This document shows positions 39,964 through 50,119 of a stretch of DNA of 64,000 nt, piece after piece (the stretch's first letter is position 1; each line of letters starts with the position of its first letter). A model generated the notes under the pieces. The model did no database searches. It was not told where the DNA came from and was given only the letters and a program-made list of their open reading frames with translations. The position numbers and the translations under genes were made by a program. The stretch spans positions 2,272,001 through 2,336,000 of the forward strand of contig CBDCDZ010000004.1 of the NCBI GenBank assembly GCA_965215565.1, in the 5' to 3' direction. Source of the DNA: Trueperaceae bacterium. GTDB taxonomy: Bacteria > Deinococcota > Deinococci > Deinococcales > Trueperaceae.

Positions 39964-40130
39964 TCTCTACGCTTTTAACTTCTCTATTGCAAAGATATTC
40001 ACGTCGTATTCACGCAATTTCAGGCCAGACCCGATCTATTGACCTCTTCTATTAAGATTGTGTTAAGGTATCGAAATTAGCCCCCGTCACAATCCTCTCC
40101 TCACAACTCACCGGGCTAAAGGAGGTCAAG

Positions 40131-40562
40131 ATGGCTGCAACTTTATTAGTTGGCATCGACGGCAGCGAGTGTGCCGCACGCGCGGCGGACTTCGCTGCCG
40201 GGCACGCTCAGCAGATCGGCGCTGAGTTGCACCTCGTCGGGGTCATCGAGTGGTCGAACTACGCCTTTTTGACACCCGAAGAGCTGGAGACGCGGCACAA
40301 GGACCGCGAGGAAGACGAAGAGCGAGCGAATCAGGTGTTGACGCCCCTTAAAGAGCAGTTGGCTCAAAACGGGGTCAACGTTCGGACCTCGGTGCGCTTC
40401 GGTCACCCGGCAAAGATTATGAGAGAGGTCGCTGAAGAGGAAGGGGTGAGCCAGATTTTTATAGGAAGACATGGACGCTCGAGGTTTGAAACCGCCCTCT
40501 TTGGCAGCGTCACGAACAGAATTTTACAGCTCGCGCCCGTTCCCGTGACGGTTGTTCCCTGA
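40131..40562 (+). CDS. universal stress protein
   Basis: LLVGIDGS...GRHGRS...FGSVT..IL..APVPVTVV; AAGGAGG SD. Confidence 0.93.
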   Translation: MAATLLVGIDGSECAARAADFAAGHAQQIGAELHLVGVIEWSNYAFLTPEELETRHKDREEDEERANQVLTPLKEQLAQNGVNVRTSVRFGHPAKIMREVAEEEGVSQIFIGRHGRSRFETALFGSVTNRILQLAPVPVTVVP

Positions 40563-40636
40563 TGCTCTCCCCCGTATCTTCTCCCGCGTCACAAGGCTCC
40601 AAGTTCTCGCGTCTTTATCTCTTTAGGAGGTCATGG

Positions 40637-42208
40637 GTGAAACGTTCGTACAGACTACTCGCAGTGTTACTGAGCCTGCTTATGATAGCAGCCGCGTTTG
40701 CACAGGAAGAGGAAGGCGGGGGCGGCATTGACGCGGCGATCAACAGCATTCTCTCGCCCGCCGCCAACTTTCTCTCCGCCATCGTCTTCTTCGCTATTCC
40801 GTTGGGAGGCGGCGCAGAACTACCTATCATCGTTGTGTGGCTCATCGTCGCGGCGGTCTTTTTCACCTTTTACTTTAACTTCATCAACTTTCGCTCCACC
40901 CCGCAGGCGTGGCGGCTCATTCGGGGCGACTACTACAACAAAGACGACGCAGGCGAGGTCACGCACTTTCAGGCGCTCGCCACCGCGCTTTCGGGCACCG
41001 TCGGGCTCGGTAACATCGCGGGCGTTGCGGTAGCGATTTCACTAGGCGGACCGGGCGCTACTTTCTGGATGATCGTCGCCGGGCTTTTTAGCATGGCGAC
41101 GAAGTTTGTCGAGTGTACGCTAGGCGTCAAGTACCGCCGCGAGAACGAGGACGGCACCGTCTCGGGCGGACCGATGCACTACCTCAGCAAAGGACTCGCG
41201 GGCAAGGGCAGAGAGGGCTTAGGTAAGGGTCTGGCGACCTTTTTCGCCATCTGCTGTATCGGCGCGTCACTAGGCGGCGGCAACGCCTTCCAGTCGAACC
41301 AAGCGTTTCAGCAACTCGTCAACGTTACGGGCGACCAGGCGTCCTGGTGGGCGGACAAGGGTTGGCTCTTCGGTCTTATCGTCGCGATTCTTATCGGCAT
41401 CGTCATCCTCGGCGGCATCAAGAGCATCGCGAAAGTCACTGAAAAAATTGTTCCCTTTATGGGCATCACGTACGTGCTTGCGGCACTTGTCATCCTCATC
41501 GCGAACTACCAGCAGATTCCAGAGGCGTTCGGGGCTATCTTCACGGGTGCGTTCACGGGCGCAGGCATCACGGGCGGCTTCGTCGGCGTGCTCATCCAGG
41601 GTTTCCGCCGCGCCGCGTTCTCCAACGAGGCAGGTCTTGGCTCCTCAGCCATCGCCCACTCCGCCGTGCAGACGGATGAGCCCATCACCGAAGGTCTCGT
41701 CGCGCTGCACGAGCCCTTCATCGACACGGTCGTGGTGTGCACCATGACCGCGCTTATCATCGTGATCACCGGAGTTTACACCCAAGGCGACTTAGGCGGC
41801 GTACAGCTTACCTCGGCGGCGTTCGCGGCGAACATAAGCTGGTTCCCCTACATCCTCGCGCTCGCCGTGATTCTGTTCGCGTTTTCCACCATGCTCTCGT
41901 GGTCGTACTACGGCGTGAAAGCGACGACGTACCTCTTCGGTGAGGGAGCCATGAAAGAGAACATCTACAAAGCCATCTTCTGCGTGTTTGTCATCTTGGG
42001 CGCAACGATCAGCTTGGACGCGGTGTTGGCCTTTTCCGACTCGATGATCTTCCTCATGTCCCTCCCTAACGTCATCGGACTCTACATCCTCGCGCCCGAG
42101 ATCAAGACGGCGCTCAACTCCTACTGGGAACGCATCCAAAGTGGCGAGATCAAGACGCAGGCGGAGCGGCAGCAGTTGCAGGGGGCGAGTCAAGGCGCGA
42201 GCGACTAG
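40637..42208 (+). CDS. alanine/glycine:cation symporter (AgcS family)
   Basis: ALSGTVGLGNIAGVA, GGPGATFWM, RAAFSNEAGLGS; start at GTG 40637 after AGGAGG. Confidence 0.94.
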   Translation: MKRSYRLLAVLLSLLMIAAAFAQEEEGGGGIDAAINSILSPAANFLSAIVFFAIPLGGGAELPIIVVWLIVAAVFFTFYFNFINFRSTPQAWRLIRGDYYNKDDAGEVTHFQALATALSGTVGLGNIAGVAVAISLGGPGATFWMIVAGLFSMATKFVECTLGVKYRRENEDGTVSGGPMHYLSKGLAGKGREGLGKGLATFFAICCIGASLGGGNAFQSNQAFQQLVNVTGDQASWWADKGWLFGLIVAILIGIVILGGIKSIAKVTEKIVPFMGITYVLAALVILIANYQQIPEAFGAIFTGAFTGAGITGGFVGVLIQGFRRAAFSNEAGLGSSAIAHSAVQTDEPITEGLVALHEPFIDTVVVCTMTALIIVITGVYTQGDLGGVQLTSAAFAANISWFPYILALAVILFAFSTMLSWSYYGVKATTYLFGEGAMKENIYKAIFCVFVILGATISLDAVLAFSDSMIFLMSLPNVIGLYILAPEIKTALNSYWERIQSGEIKTQAERQQLQGASQGASD

Positions 42209-42243
42209 GCGTTTCGTTTAGTACGAATTGAGAACCGAGTTGC

Positions 42244-42339
42244 GTAGGGGGGATTCATGAATCTCCCCTACTAAGCATTGCGTTCGTATGTAAATGTTTA
42301 GCGGCGCTATGTAGGGACGGGTTTCAAACCCGCCCCTAC
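42244..42339. repeat. pair of GTAG-type REP-like palindromes
   Basis: GTAGGGGGGATTCATGAATCTCCCCTAC and GTAGGGACGGGTTTCAAACCCGCCCCTAC. Confidence 0.7.
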
Positions 42340-42569
42340 TCAACCGAAGAGGAGTGAGCGATAGTCCTCGAGCGAATAACCTTCGCAGGCATTCGGGTGA
42401 ATCTCTTTCCATAGTCAGCACCGCCAGAACTCCAGCAGTACAGAACCGCGCCCTGCTCATGGAGGTTTTTGACGTGCTTGATAACACTCGGCATAGGTAT
42501 ACGTTTCGCGCCGTAATTTCTGACCAGCGTTTCGTCAACATCCACGTAAATATAAAGAGGTCTGCTCAT
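42336..42569 (-). pseudogene. small HAD-like hydrolase, probably internally deleted/frameshifted
   Basis: YVDVDETL HAD motif I, 'LYCWSSGGADY', then loss of frame. Confidence 0.6.
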
Positions 42570-42587
42570 ATTAGGTCTAATCCTCGG

Positions 42588-43811
42588 CTAATCGCTCAAA
42601 TGCCCCAACTTCTCCACCTTCGTCGCCAAATAGCGCTCGTTGTACGGATTTTCACCGACGTGGAGCGGCACGCGCCCAGAGATTTCGATGCCGTAGCCTT
42701 CTAGCGCGACGACTTTGCGGGGGTTGTTAGTGAGCAGCTCGAGCCTCTCCACCCCCAAGTCGTGCAACATCTGCGCGCCCACGCCGTAGTCTCTTAGGTC
42801 GGGCGCGAAGCCCAACTGCTCGTTTGCCTCCACCGTATCCGAGCCTTCATCTTGAAGCGCGTAGGCTTTAATTTTATTCAAAAGCCCGATACCGCGCCCC
42901 TCTTGGCGCAAGTAGACCAAGACGCCGCGTCCTCTATCGGCGATCATCTTGAGGGCGGCGTCGCGCTGAAAGCCGCAGTCGCAGCGCAGGCTGTGTAGGG
43001 CGTCGCCCGTCATACACTCGGAGTGCATCCGCACCAAGACGGGCTCCTCGCCGCGCACATCACCGAGCGAAAGCGCGAGGTGTTCGGTGTGGTTGACCTC
43101 GTCCTGGTAGCCGTGCAAGGTGAACGTCGCCCAGGGCGTCGGGAGCTTAGCCGAGGCGACGCGCTTGACGAAGCCGTCGCCGCGCAGCCTGTAGGCGATG
43201 AGGTCGGCAATGGTGCCGACTTTGAGGTCGTGCGCTCTGGCGAAGTCTAAAATCGCGGGCAGGCGCATCATCTCGCCGTCGTCGTGAATGAGTTCGCTGA
43301 TGGCTCCGGCGGGCTTGAAGCCCGCGAGTTTGGCGAGGTCCACCGCCGCCTCGGTGTGCCCGGCGCGGCGCAAGACGCCGCCGTTTCTTGCTCTGAGCGG
43401 AAAGACGTGACCGGGGCGGGCGAGGTCGGCTGCCGCCGCACCTTCTTTAACTGCTGCAAGAATCGTGGTGGCGCGGTCTTTGGCGGAGATGCCCGTGTCC
43501 ACACCCTCTCTCGCTTCGATGGAGACCGTATACGCGGTGCTGCGCCGCGCCGTGTTGTGCTCGACCATCGGGGGCAGTTCTAAGTGGTCCGCTAAAGCGT
43601 TCTCCATCGCCAAGCAGATCACGCCGCCCGTGTGCCGAATCATAAACGCGATGAGTTTAGCCGTGACCTTTTCAGCCGGGATGATGAGGTCGCCCTCGTT
43701 CTCGCGGTCTTCGTCGTCCACAATAATGACGGGTTTGCCCGCTTGTAAGTCGGCTAAGATGTCGGGGATGCTCGAGACACTAGAATGCTCAGGTGACACA
43801 TTAGGCGACAT
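42588..43811 (-). CDS. ribBA: bifunctional DHBP synthase / GTP cyclohydrolase II
   Basis: [27 protein letters not shown]...CDC, QEGRGIG, TNNPRK. Confidence 0.97.
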   Translation of the reverse strand: MSPNVSPEHSSVSSIPDILADLQAGKPVIIVDDEDRENEGDLIIPAEKVTAKLIAFMIRHTGGVICLAMENALADHLELPPMVEHNTARRSTAYTVSIEAREGVDTGISAKDRATTILAAVKEGAAAADLARPGHVFPLRARNGGVLRRAGHTEAAVDLAKLAGFKPAGAISELIHDDGEMMRLPAILDFARAHDLKVGTIADLIAYRLRGDGFVKRVASAKLPTPWATFTLHGYQDEVNHTEHLALSLGDVRGEEPVLVRMHSECMTGDALHSLRCDCGFQRDAALKMIADRGRGVLVYLRQEGRGIGLLNKIKAYALQDEGSDTVEANEQLGFAPDLRDYGVGAQMLHDLGVERLELLTNNPRKVVALEGYGIEISGRVPLHVGENPYNERYLATKVEKLGHLSD

Positions 43812-44511
43812 AGTGACTCTTCCCCGGTCGCTTCTCTTTTTTCGGACGCTTCTGTTTCGTTTCGTCCGTTGCTCCCTCCGCTTCACGCATAAGCGTGAGT
43901 CGCTCTAAATATTTCGCTACCAAGTCCGCCTCTAAGTTGACCTTGCTCCCGCTCACTAGCTCACCTAGCGTCGTGACTTCTAAGGTATGCGGAATAAGCC
44001 AGAGCGTGAACTCGTTCGCGGAGAGTTCGGCGTCAGAACCCGCCGGGCCGCCCACGTCTACCACCGTCAAGCTCACGCCGTCTACGGTGATGCTCCCTTT
44101 CGGAATGAGGTAGCGCGCGAGTTTCGCGTCGGCTTGGACCGTGATGACGAATGCGCCCGCTTCTTTGCGGACACTCAAAACTTCCCCTAGCACCTCGACG
44201 TGCCCGCTGACCATGTGTCCCCCGAAGCGGCTATCGGCTTTCATAGCGCGCTCTAGGTTGACGCGCGCCCCCTCTTTCCAGCGAGGCGCGGTTTTCGCTA
44301 CGGTCTCTTTAGAAAGTTCGACCGTGAACGCATCAGCGCCGTAAGCGCCGACAGTGAGGCAGCACCCTGAAACTGCGATAGAGTCACCCAGTGCTAGACC
44401 TTCTACAACCTCTTGCGCCTGAATACTCACACGCACGTCGCCGCCCGCTCTTCCTGCGACCTCGTCGACCTTGACGACCTGGCCGACTTCTTCCACGATG
44501 CCCGTAAACAT
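43801..44511 (-). CDS. ribE: riboflavin synthase
   Basis: MFTGIVEE N-terminus, [32 protein letters not shown]. Confidence 0.96.
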   Translation of the reverse strand: MFTGIVEEVGQVVKVDEVAGRAGGDVRVSIQAQEVVEGLALGDSIAVSGCCLTVGAYGADAFTVELSKETVAKTAPRWKEGARVNLERAMKADSRFGGHMVSGHVEVLGEVLSVRKEAGAFVITVQADAKLARYLIPKGSITVDGVSLTVVDVGGPAGSDAELSANEFTLWLIPHTLEVTTLGELVSGSKVNLEADLVAKYLERLTLMREAEGATDETKQKRPKKEKRPGKSHYVA

Positions 44512-45006
44512 CTACTTCACTCCTTGTTCTGAACGTTCTAGCGCGTCAATTTTACGCAGCAAGTTGGCGGTTTCGACAGCCGCTAGCAAGGCTTCCACGC
44601 CTTTGTTACCCGCTTTCGTCCCGGCTCGCTCGATTGCTTGTTCAATCGTATTCGTGGTCAAAATGCCGAACGCGACGGGCACGCCCGTCTCTAAGTTGAG
44701 CCTGGCGAGCGACGAACTCGCGCCGCCCGCGACGAAGTCGTAGTGATCCGTCGCGCCGCGAATCACCGCGCCGAGGCAGACAATAGCGTCGTACTTTGTT
44801 GTCGCGGCGAGGCGCTGGGCGACTAAGGGGACCTCGAAGGAGCCGGGGGCGACGTAAAGCTCGAGCTTATCGTCATCGCCGCCATGCTGCGCGAACGCCG
44901 TGCGCGCCCCCTCGACCAAGCGGTCCACGATAAAGTGGTTCCAGCGCGTCGCGATGAGCGCAATCCTCAAGTCCGTCGCAATGAGGTCAGCCTCGACGCG
45001 CTTCAC
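44512..45006 (-). CDS. ribH: 6,7-dimethyl-8-ribityllumazine synthase
   Basis: PGSFEVP, LGAVIRGAT.H, ERAGTKAGNKG. Confidence 0.97.
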   Translation of the reverse strand: MKRVEADLIATDLRIALIATRWNHFIVDRLVEGARTAFAQHGGDDDKLELYVAPGSFEVPLVAQRLAATTKYDAIVCLGAVIRGATDHYDFVAGGASSSLARLNLETGVPVAFGILTTNTIEQAIERAGTKAGNKGVEALLAAVETANLLRKIDALERSEQGVK

Positions 45007-45195
45007 GGGCGTTCCTCCAAGTAGCTTAGCTCAGCGGATAGGACCGCAGGCGAGTAGACTCCGCGTATCCAGGGCGAACGCTCGAGCCCTGCCGGAAGAG
45101 CAGATGCACCGCGCAGCCTCTTCTGACGACACGGCAAAATACCCAGTCTAGGTACACACATATCTATAGCTAGCCTGCAGGTACAGACTAGCGTC

Positions 45196-45419
45196 CTCCT
45201 TCTCTCATCCGGACTTTAACCGTCGGTCTCGGAGTTTCACCGAGTCGGGCCTGAAGGGGTAAGTTGTCCAGGCTTCGCGGACTTCTAAAGGCATCCTTTC
45301 GCTAAAGTTGGGCTTTGCCCAACCGTCGTTGTCAACACTGAACACCAACAACTACAGCGCTGACAACAAGGACGCTCCAATTACCGCCGGTGGGGAATTT
45401 CGCCCCGCCCTGAAGGATG
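45196..45419 (-). ncRNA. FMN (RFN) riboswitch
   Basis: Minus strand TCAGGGCGGGGCGAAATTCCCCACCGGCGGT ... GTCCGCGA ... CGGTGAAACTCCG..ACCGACGGTTAAAGTCCGGATGAGAGAAG upstream of the rib genes. Confidence 0.95.
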
Positions 45420-45483
45420 GCTCATGCCAAAGTCAAGTCTAGCAGACGAGCAAATCAGAGTGCGTCAGTAGACATACGAGGAC

Positions 45484-45642
45484 AGGGCGTACGCATATAC
45501 GCCAATTCTTTGAAAGAAGTCGCTGTGAACCTCTCGAAACGAAAACAGAGTTCGCTCGGAGAGGGTATAAAGCCGAATTCTATCCCTTGAAAAGCGACAT
45601 ATCGAATGAGAATAGGACGTCACGAATATATGCGTAAGCCCT
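45484..45642. mobile_element. MITE-like element family B
   Basis: 16-bp terminal IR AGGGCGTACGCATATA / TATATGCGTAAGCCCT (1 mismatch), non-coding interior. Confidence 0.65.
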
Positions 45643-45815
45643 ACCTACATACGAAGAGGGTCGTGAGCACGTGTTGAAGCGCGTTGAGGTTTATTTTCCG
45701 TACGAGTAGAAACGTCCTGTAGCGTAGCTGCCGCGCCGAAAGAAGCCCGAACTCGGTCCTTTAGACGAGCAGTCTGTTCGTACGATGTAGAAAAGACGTA
45801 AAAAGAGCGAAAATC

Positions 45816-46643
45816 TCAGCGCCGGAACTGAAAGTTCCCCGCCGCGCCCATCCAACTTACCGCGAGGGGTTCGCGCAAGCTGACCCACTGCGGCAGCAAG
45901 ATGACGCCCGACACGGGCGCGTCCGGGCTCAGTTGCCCCGCGTCCCCCTCTAAAATGCTCAGGTTAAAAGGTGCCTTCGCCGTGAAGCGCTGCCCCCCTT
46001 GCGAAAAGGTTACGTCGGCTTGCCACGAGGTAGGCGCGAGCGAGGTGACGACGAAGTAGAGCGGTCTGTAACCTTCGACCTCATCTAAAAAATCGTCCAG
46101 AGCGAGGCGTTCGTTCGGCAGGGCGAGGGAAAGGAGCCCGGCGTCCACTAAGAGGAGCGAGGTCTCGGCGCGGGCGGGACCCCACCCGTACAGCATCAAG
46201 CCCGACACCCCGCGCCCTAACGAAACGGCTTCCGAACGGTTGCTTTGACGGGGCGATGAAAGCGTACGGACGCGCACACGCAACGTTTTCCCATCAGGTA
46301 ACGTCACGCGCTCTTCAGTCACTTTGATATTAAGGAGCGCAAAGGCGTCAGGCGGCGCGTACCACCCTTGGGCGACCGGCGCAGAGAGGCTGGCGTTATC
46401 CTCTTGCCGTCTGCCTTGCGCACTTTGCCACAGCACGTCGGGCGAACCTACGAACACGGTGAGGATGCCCGCAGGCGTGCGCACGGTCAGACCGTTCGCG
46501 CTCGCGCTCGAGCTGTACCCCGCCGCTCGCGCCACCTCTTCAAGCGAGGGAAAGGTCTCCTCTGCGCGCTTAATTGCCGACACGCTCTGCGCTTGGGAAA
46601 AGCTATAGAGGAGTAAAAAGAGGGTGAAAAGAACGCGCTTCAT
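45816..46643 (-). CDS. hypothetical secreted protein
   Basis: Signal peptide MKRVLFTLFLLLYSFSQA; 275 aa. Confidence 0.65.
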   Translation of the reverse strand: MKRVLFTLFLLLYSFSQAQSVSAIKRAEETFPSLEEVARAAGYSSSASANGLTVRTPAGILTVFVGSPDVLWQSAQGRRQEDNASLSAPVAQGWYAPPDAFALLNIKVTEERVTLPDGKTLRVRVRTLSSPRQSNRSEAVSLGRGVSGLMLYGWGPARAETSLLLVDAGLLSLALPNERLALDDFLDEVEGYRPLYFVVTSLAPTSWQADVTFSQGGQRFTAKAPFNLSILEGDAGQLSPDAPVSGVILLPQWVSLREPLAVSWMGAAGNFQFRR

Positions 46644-46910
46644 TGCCGCCTAGCCTAGCAAGTCCACGGAGATGAAGAGACGGAAAAGTTCATCTTCGCA
46701 CCCTCTCTCGTCCGAGATTTGCTATAGTAGATTCATCGTGATCCAGAGGTTGACTTTTGGCTTCTAAGCCTGCACACCAGCGAGGATTATCATAGTCCCC
46801 TCGCGCCGTGCTGCACTGGGCTTAGCTGCCCTCTTCTCTGCTGTTCCCTTAAAAAATTCACTTGGCTTGCTCTCCCGTATCCGACGGGCGAGGGCGTAAA
46901 GGAGTGTCCT

Positions 46911-48623
46911 ATTAACAAGGTCCACGGCAAACTTTCAGGTCTCAAGAAAAACCAGGTTAAACGCCTCAGCAACCTCTACCGCCGCAAGGTGGAGCCGAGC
47001 ATGGCGGTAAGTCTAGAACTCGCGAGGGCACTGGGCGAGCTTTCGCTCGAACTCAACAAGCCCGTCTCTGTTTTAGTAGACAGACGTGGGCGCGTCGTCA
47101 CCGTCGCGGTGGGCGACGCGCAAGAGACGCCGCTGCCCCCGCTCGCGGGCGAAGCCGAGTCGCGCCTCTACGGTCTGCGGCTCGTCCACACGCACCTCAA
47201 ACCGGGTGGGCTCTCAGGCGGCGACCTCTCGGCGCTCTTTTTGAACCGCTTGGACGCGGTGATCGCGGTGGACGTTTTCGAGAATAACAAGGGCAGCACC
47301 GAACTCGGCGACGTTCACTTCGCCCAGGTCGCGCCGCCGACCTCTTCGGAGGAGGACTGGGTCATCGAGCCGCCTATGCGCATCCGCGAGGCGGAAGGGC
47401 TGGACATCCTAGACCTCATCCGCTCGTTGGAAGAGGAACTCGCCCGTAGCGCCAACGCCCGCGAGACCACGCGCACCTCGAAAGAGCGCGCAGTCCTCAT
47501 CGGGCTCAACACGGGCGAAAGCGCCTTTGAGAGCGACGCCCGCTTGGACGAACTCGCCGAACTCACCCGCAGCGCTGGCGCGACGGTGGCGGTTATGAGC
47601 CGTCAGCAGCGTAGCAGCCCCGATCCGCGCACGCTCATCGGGCGCGGCAAGCTGCAGGAGTTGGTCTCCAAGGCGTACCACGAAGACGCCGACCTCCTCA
47701 TCTTCGACCGCGAACTCAACCCCGCGCAGGCGCGCGAGATCGCCGAGGAGACGAAGCTCAAGGTCTTGGACCGGACGCAGCTTATCCTAGACATCTTCGC
47801 GCAGAACGCCCAGGGGCGCGAGGCGCAGGTGCAAGTCGAGCTGGCGCAGCTTCAGTATCAGGTGACGCGCCTCTCGGGGCGCGGTCAAGCGATGAGCCGT
47901 TTGGGTGGCGGCATCGGCACGAGAGGTCCGGGCGAGACAAAGCTCGAGGTGGACCGCCGCCGCATCCGCGACCGCATCACAGCGCTCGAGGGGGAAGTAG
48001 ACGACATCTCGAAGCGCCGCAGCGAAAAGCGCAAGGGGCGCACGCAGTCCGAGGTGCCGGTTGTCGCCCTAGTTGGTTACACGAACGCGGGGAAGTCCAC
48101 GCTCTTTAACGCGGTTTCGAAGTCCGAAGTCTTGAGCCAGAACAAGCTCTTCGCGACGCTCCGCCCCACGACGCGCGAAGGCTGGCTGCCCGCCTTGGGC
48201 GAGTGGGGTGCGAAAGTCCTCTACACCGACACGGTGGGGTTCATTCGCGACTTGCCGGGCGAACTGGTCAACGCCTTTCGCGCGACCTTAGAGGAGCTTC
48301 ACGACGCGGACATCTTGCTGCACGTCGTGGACGCGGCGACGCCCGGCGCACCGGACAGAGTCACAGCGGTCAACCGAATCTTGGACGAGTTAGGGCTCGA
48401 GGTCTCGCGCACCGTCGTCCTCAACAAGGCTGACCTCGCGGACAAGCCAACCCTCTGTCAGCTAGAGGAGCGCTACGACGCGCTGAGCGTTTCCGCCGCG
48501 ACGGGCGCAGGCTTAGACGCCCTCAAAGCTCACCTCGCTAAGCTCATTGAGGGACCGGAACACGTGCCCTTGCCCAGCGACGAACACGCGGCGTACGGAG
48601 TGGTCAACGCTTCCTACGACTAG
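46911..48623 (+). CDS. hflX: GTPase HflX, long N-terminal form, probable ATT start
   Basis: GGIGTRGPGET, GYTNAGKST, DTVGF, NKAD; reading frame open upstream to ATT 46911 behind AAGGAG. Confidence 0.93.
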   Translation: MNKVHGKLSGLKKNQVKRLSNLYRRKVEPSMAVSLELARALGELSLELNKPVSVLVDRRGRVVTVAVGDAQETPLPPLAGEAESRLYGLRLVHTHLKPGGLSGGDLSALFLNRLDAVIAVDVFENNKGSTELGDVHFAQVAPPTSSEEDWVIEPPMRIREAEGLDILDLIRSLEEELARSANARETTRTSKERAVLIGLNTGESAFESDARLDELAELTRSAGATVAVMSRQQRSSPDPRTLIGRGKLQELVSKAYHEDADLLIFDRELNPAQAREIAEETKLKVLDRTQLILDIFAQNAQGREAQVQVELAQLQYQVTRLSGRGQAMSRLGGGIGTRGPGETKLEVDRRRIRDRITALEGEVDDISKRRSEKRKGRTQSEVPVVALVGYTNAGKSTLFNAVSKSEVLSQNKLFATLRPTTREGWLPALGEWGAKVLYTDTVGFIRDLPGELVNAFRATLEELHDADILLHVVDAATPGAPDRVTAVNRILDELGLEVSRTVVLNKADLADKPTLCQLEERYDALSVSAATGAGLDALKAHLAKLIEGPEHVPLPSDEHAAYGVVNASYD

Positions 48624-48676
48624 TTCTTACGACTAGGTGCAGCACCCTCACGGTTGTACCCCTTGAACGTCTTCCT

Positions 48677-48701
48677 AAGAGGTCTTTTGAGACCTCTTTT
48701 T
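48677..48701 (+). terminator. probable intrinsic terminator after hflX
   Basis: AAGAGGTC-TTTTGA-GACCTCTT followed by a T-run. Confidence 0.65.
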
Positions 48702-48707
48702 ATCTTT

Positions 48708-48933
48708 TAGCAGGTATCAAAGTCTGTCTCACTGCGTTCGGAACTGGTCAGAGTGTACGTAGTCCTGCGAAGCAACACTCTCATTTTGTGAAACGCTGTT
48801 TCACTGCGCGAAAACTTCGTAATTAGCACGCACTTTAAGGGATGAAATTCCGCTAGCTCTGCGAGCTGAGACCTTTGGCGTTGCCAAAACTTCCGTAAGC
48901 GTTCAACTGTCTCAGTGTGTCGTGGAACTGCTA
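48708..48933 (+). mobile_element. MITE-like element family A, longest copy
   Basis: TAGCAGGTATCA ... TGGAACTGCTA termini; internal blocks shared with the 50120 copy. Confidence 0.75.
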
Positions 48934-48970
48934 TTTCTACGAAAAGATAGTGTCGTCCTCGAGGACGACA

Positions 48971-49912
48971 CTACTGCCGCTCGACTCTGACGATTTCAGC
49001 CACCTTGTAACCGCCGCGCAACTCCGACGTGTAGATGAAGTCGCGTCCGTTCGGCAGGTACGCGATCGCTTCTTGTTGCGGGAGCTGCGCGGCGTTTAGG
49101 ACAGCGTAGTCTTCCCCCTCTACCATCTCGCGGCTCGCTTTGAGGGGTTCGCCCGAGAGGTCGGTGTAGAACTCGAGCACGTCTCGGTAGGTCAGCACTA
49201 AAAACGCGCTGCCGTCCGGCGAGATGTCCATCGAGGTAGCGACGCTGCCTAAAGTCGTGCCGCTGAGCTTAGAGAGGTCCAGTTCGCCGACGAAGGTGAG
49301 CGTCTGCGGCTCGGCGTCGGGCGCAGCTCTGATACGCTCGTGCGAAATCTTGTAAAGCCTGGCTGGAGCAGGTAGGAGCAAGTACACGCGCCACGACTTG
49401 CTCAAGAGGTAGAGGTCGCCGTTCGGGTGGACCGCCATCGCCTCGACGTCGTGCTTGCCGTCAGGGAAGCGCAGCTTGAGGTGCTTGTAGAAGTCGGTGC
49501 GCTTCGAAAACACCTCTTCTTCCGGGACGTAGACCACGTCGATATCGTCGCGGTTGCGCCGGTTGTCGCCGATGTTGCCCATGTAGAGGCAGCTCGACGC
49601 GCCGCAGGGTCCTAGCGTCAACTCCTCCATATCCTTAAAGGTGCGCTTCACGTCGTTGATCTGCGACTCTCTTAACGACGTGCCGCGCATGTCCGTATAG
49701 TAAAAGTTGAAACCGCGACTGCCCGAGTCGTTGATGTGGTAGAGCCTGTCGGGGAAGCGCTGTGAGACAGCGACGCCGCTCGCCTCGCCGAGCAGCTCGG
49801 GGTCCAATGTGCCTAAAACTGTGCTCGGCAGCAGGGGCACGTCCCCTCTGCCGCTGAGCGAAGTCAGCAAGGTGAGCCCGGCAAACGTGAAGAGAAAGAG
49901 GCGGCGCAACAC
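48971..49912 (-). CDS. secreted beta-propeller-like hypothetical protein
   Basis: Signal peptide; repeated EASGVA/DMEEL/DVEAMA/QEAIA blades, NDSG, IGDN. Confidence 0.7.
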   Translation of the reverse strand: MLRRLFLFTFAGLTLLTSLSGRGDVPLLPSTVLGTLDPELLGEASGVAVSQRFPDRLYHINDSGSRGFNFYYTDMRGTSLRESQINDVKRTFKDMEELTLGPCGASSCLYMGNIGDNRRNRDDIDVVYVPEEEVFSKRTDFYKHLKLRFPDGKHDVEAMAVHPNGDLYLLSKSWRVYLLLPAPARLYKISHERIRAAPDAEPQTLTFVGELDLSKLSGTTLGSVATSMDISPDGSAFLVLTYRDVLEFYTDLSGEPLKASREMVEGEDYAVLNAAQLPQQEAIAYLPNGRDFIYTSELRGGYKVAEIVRVERQ

Positions 49913-50119
49913 GCCCTCTATCCTAACGCGAAGCGGCGAAACGTTCGGAGGAAGATTAACGAAGTGTGAGGTGTGGAGTTTCGGACAGTTGTCGGAAAGC
50001 GTTGCACCTCTTCTTCATTGCACCTCTTGTATTCAGCACGTTTTATTCAGCACGGCGAATCTCAGCTTGAAGGGGTGCGAAACGCAAGAACCTCGATTAT
50101 AAAGGTGTCCCGTTTCGTA

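Noticed and set aside
39716..40042. 108-aa ORF as an intact gene
   Set aside because: Chimera of a broken InsB fragment and translated repeat DNA (SLLVAHCFQL).
43812..43886. Basic N-terminal extension of RibBA from ATG 43886
   Set aside because: It overlaps the ribE coding tail; ATG 43811 gives a normal-length protein.
45027..45100. tRNA-like start TAGCTCAGCGGATAGG on the + strand
   Set aside because: No GTTCRA T-loop, acceptor stem or anticodon arm can be built; it lies antisense within the rib leader.
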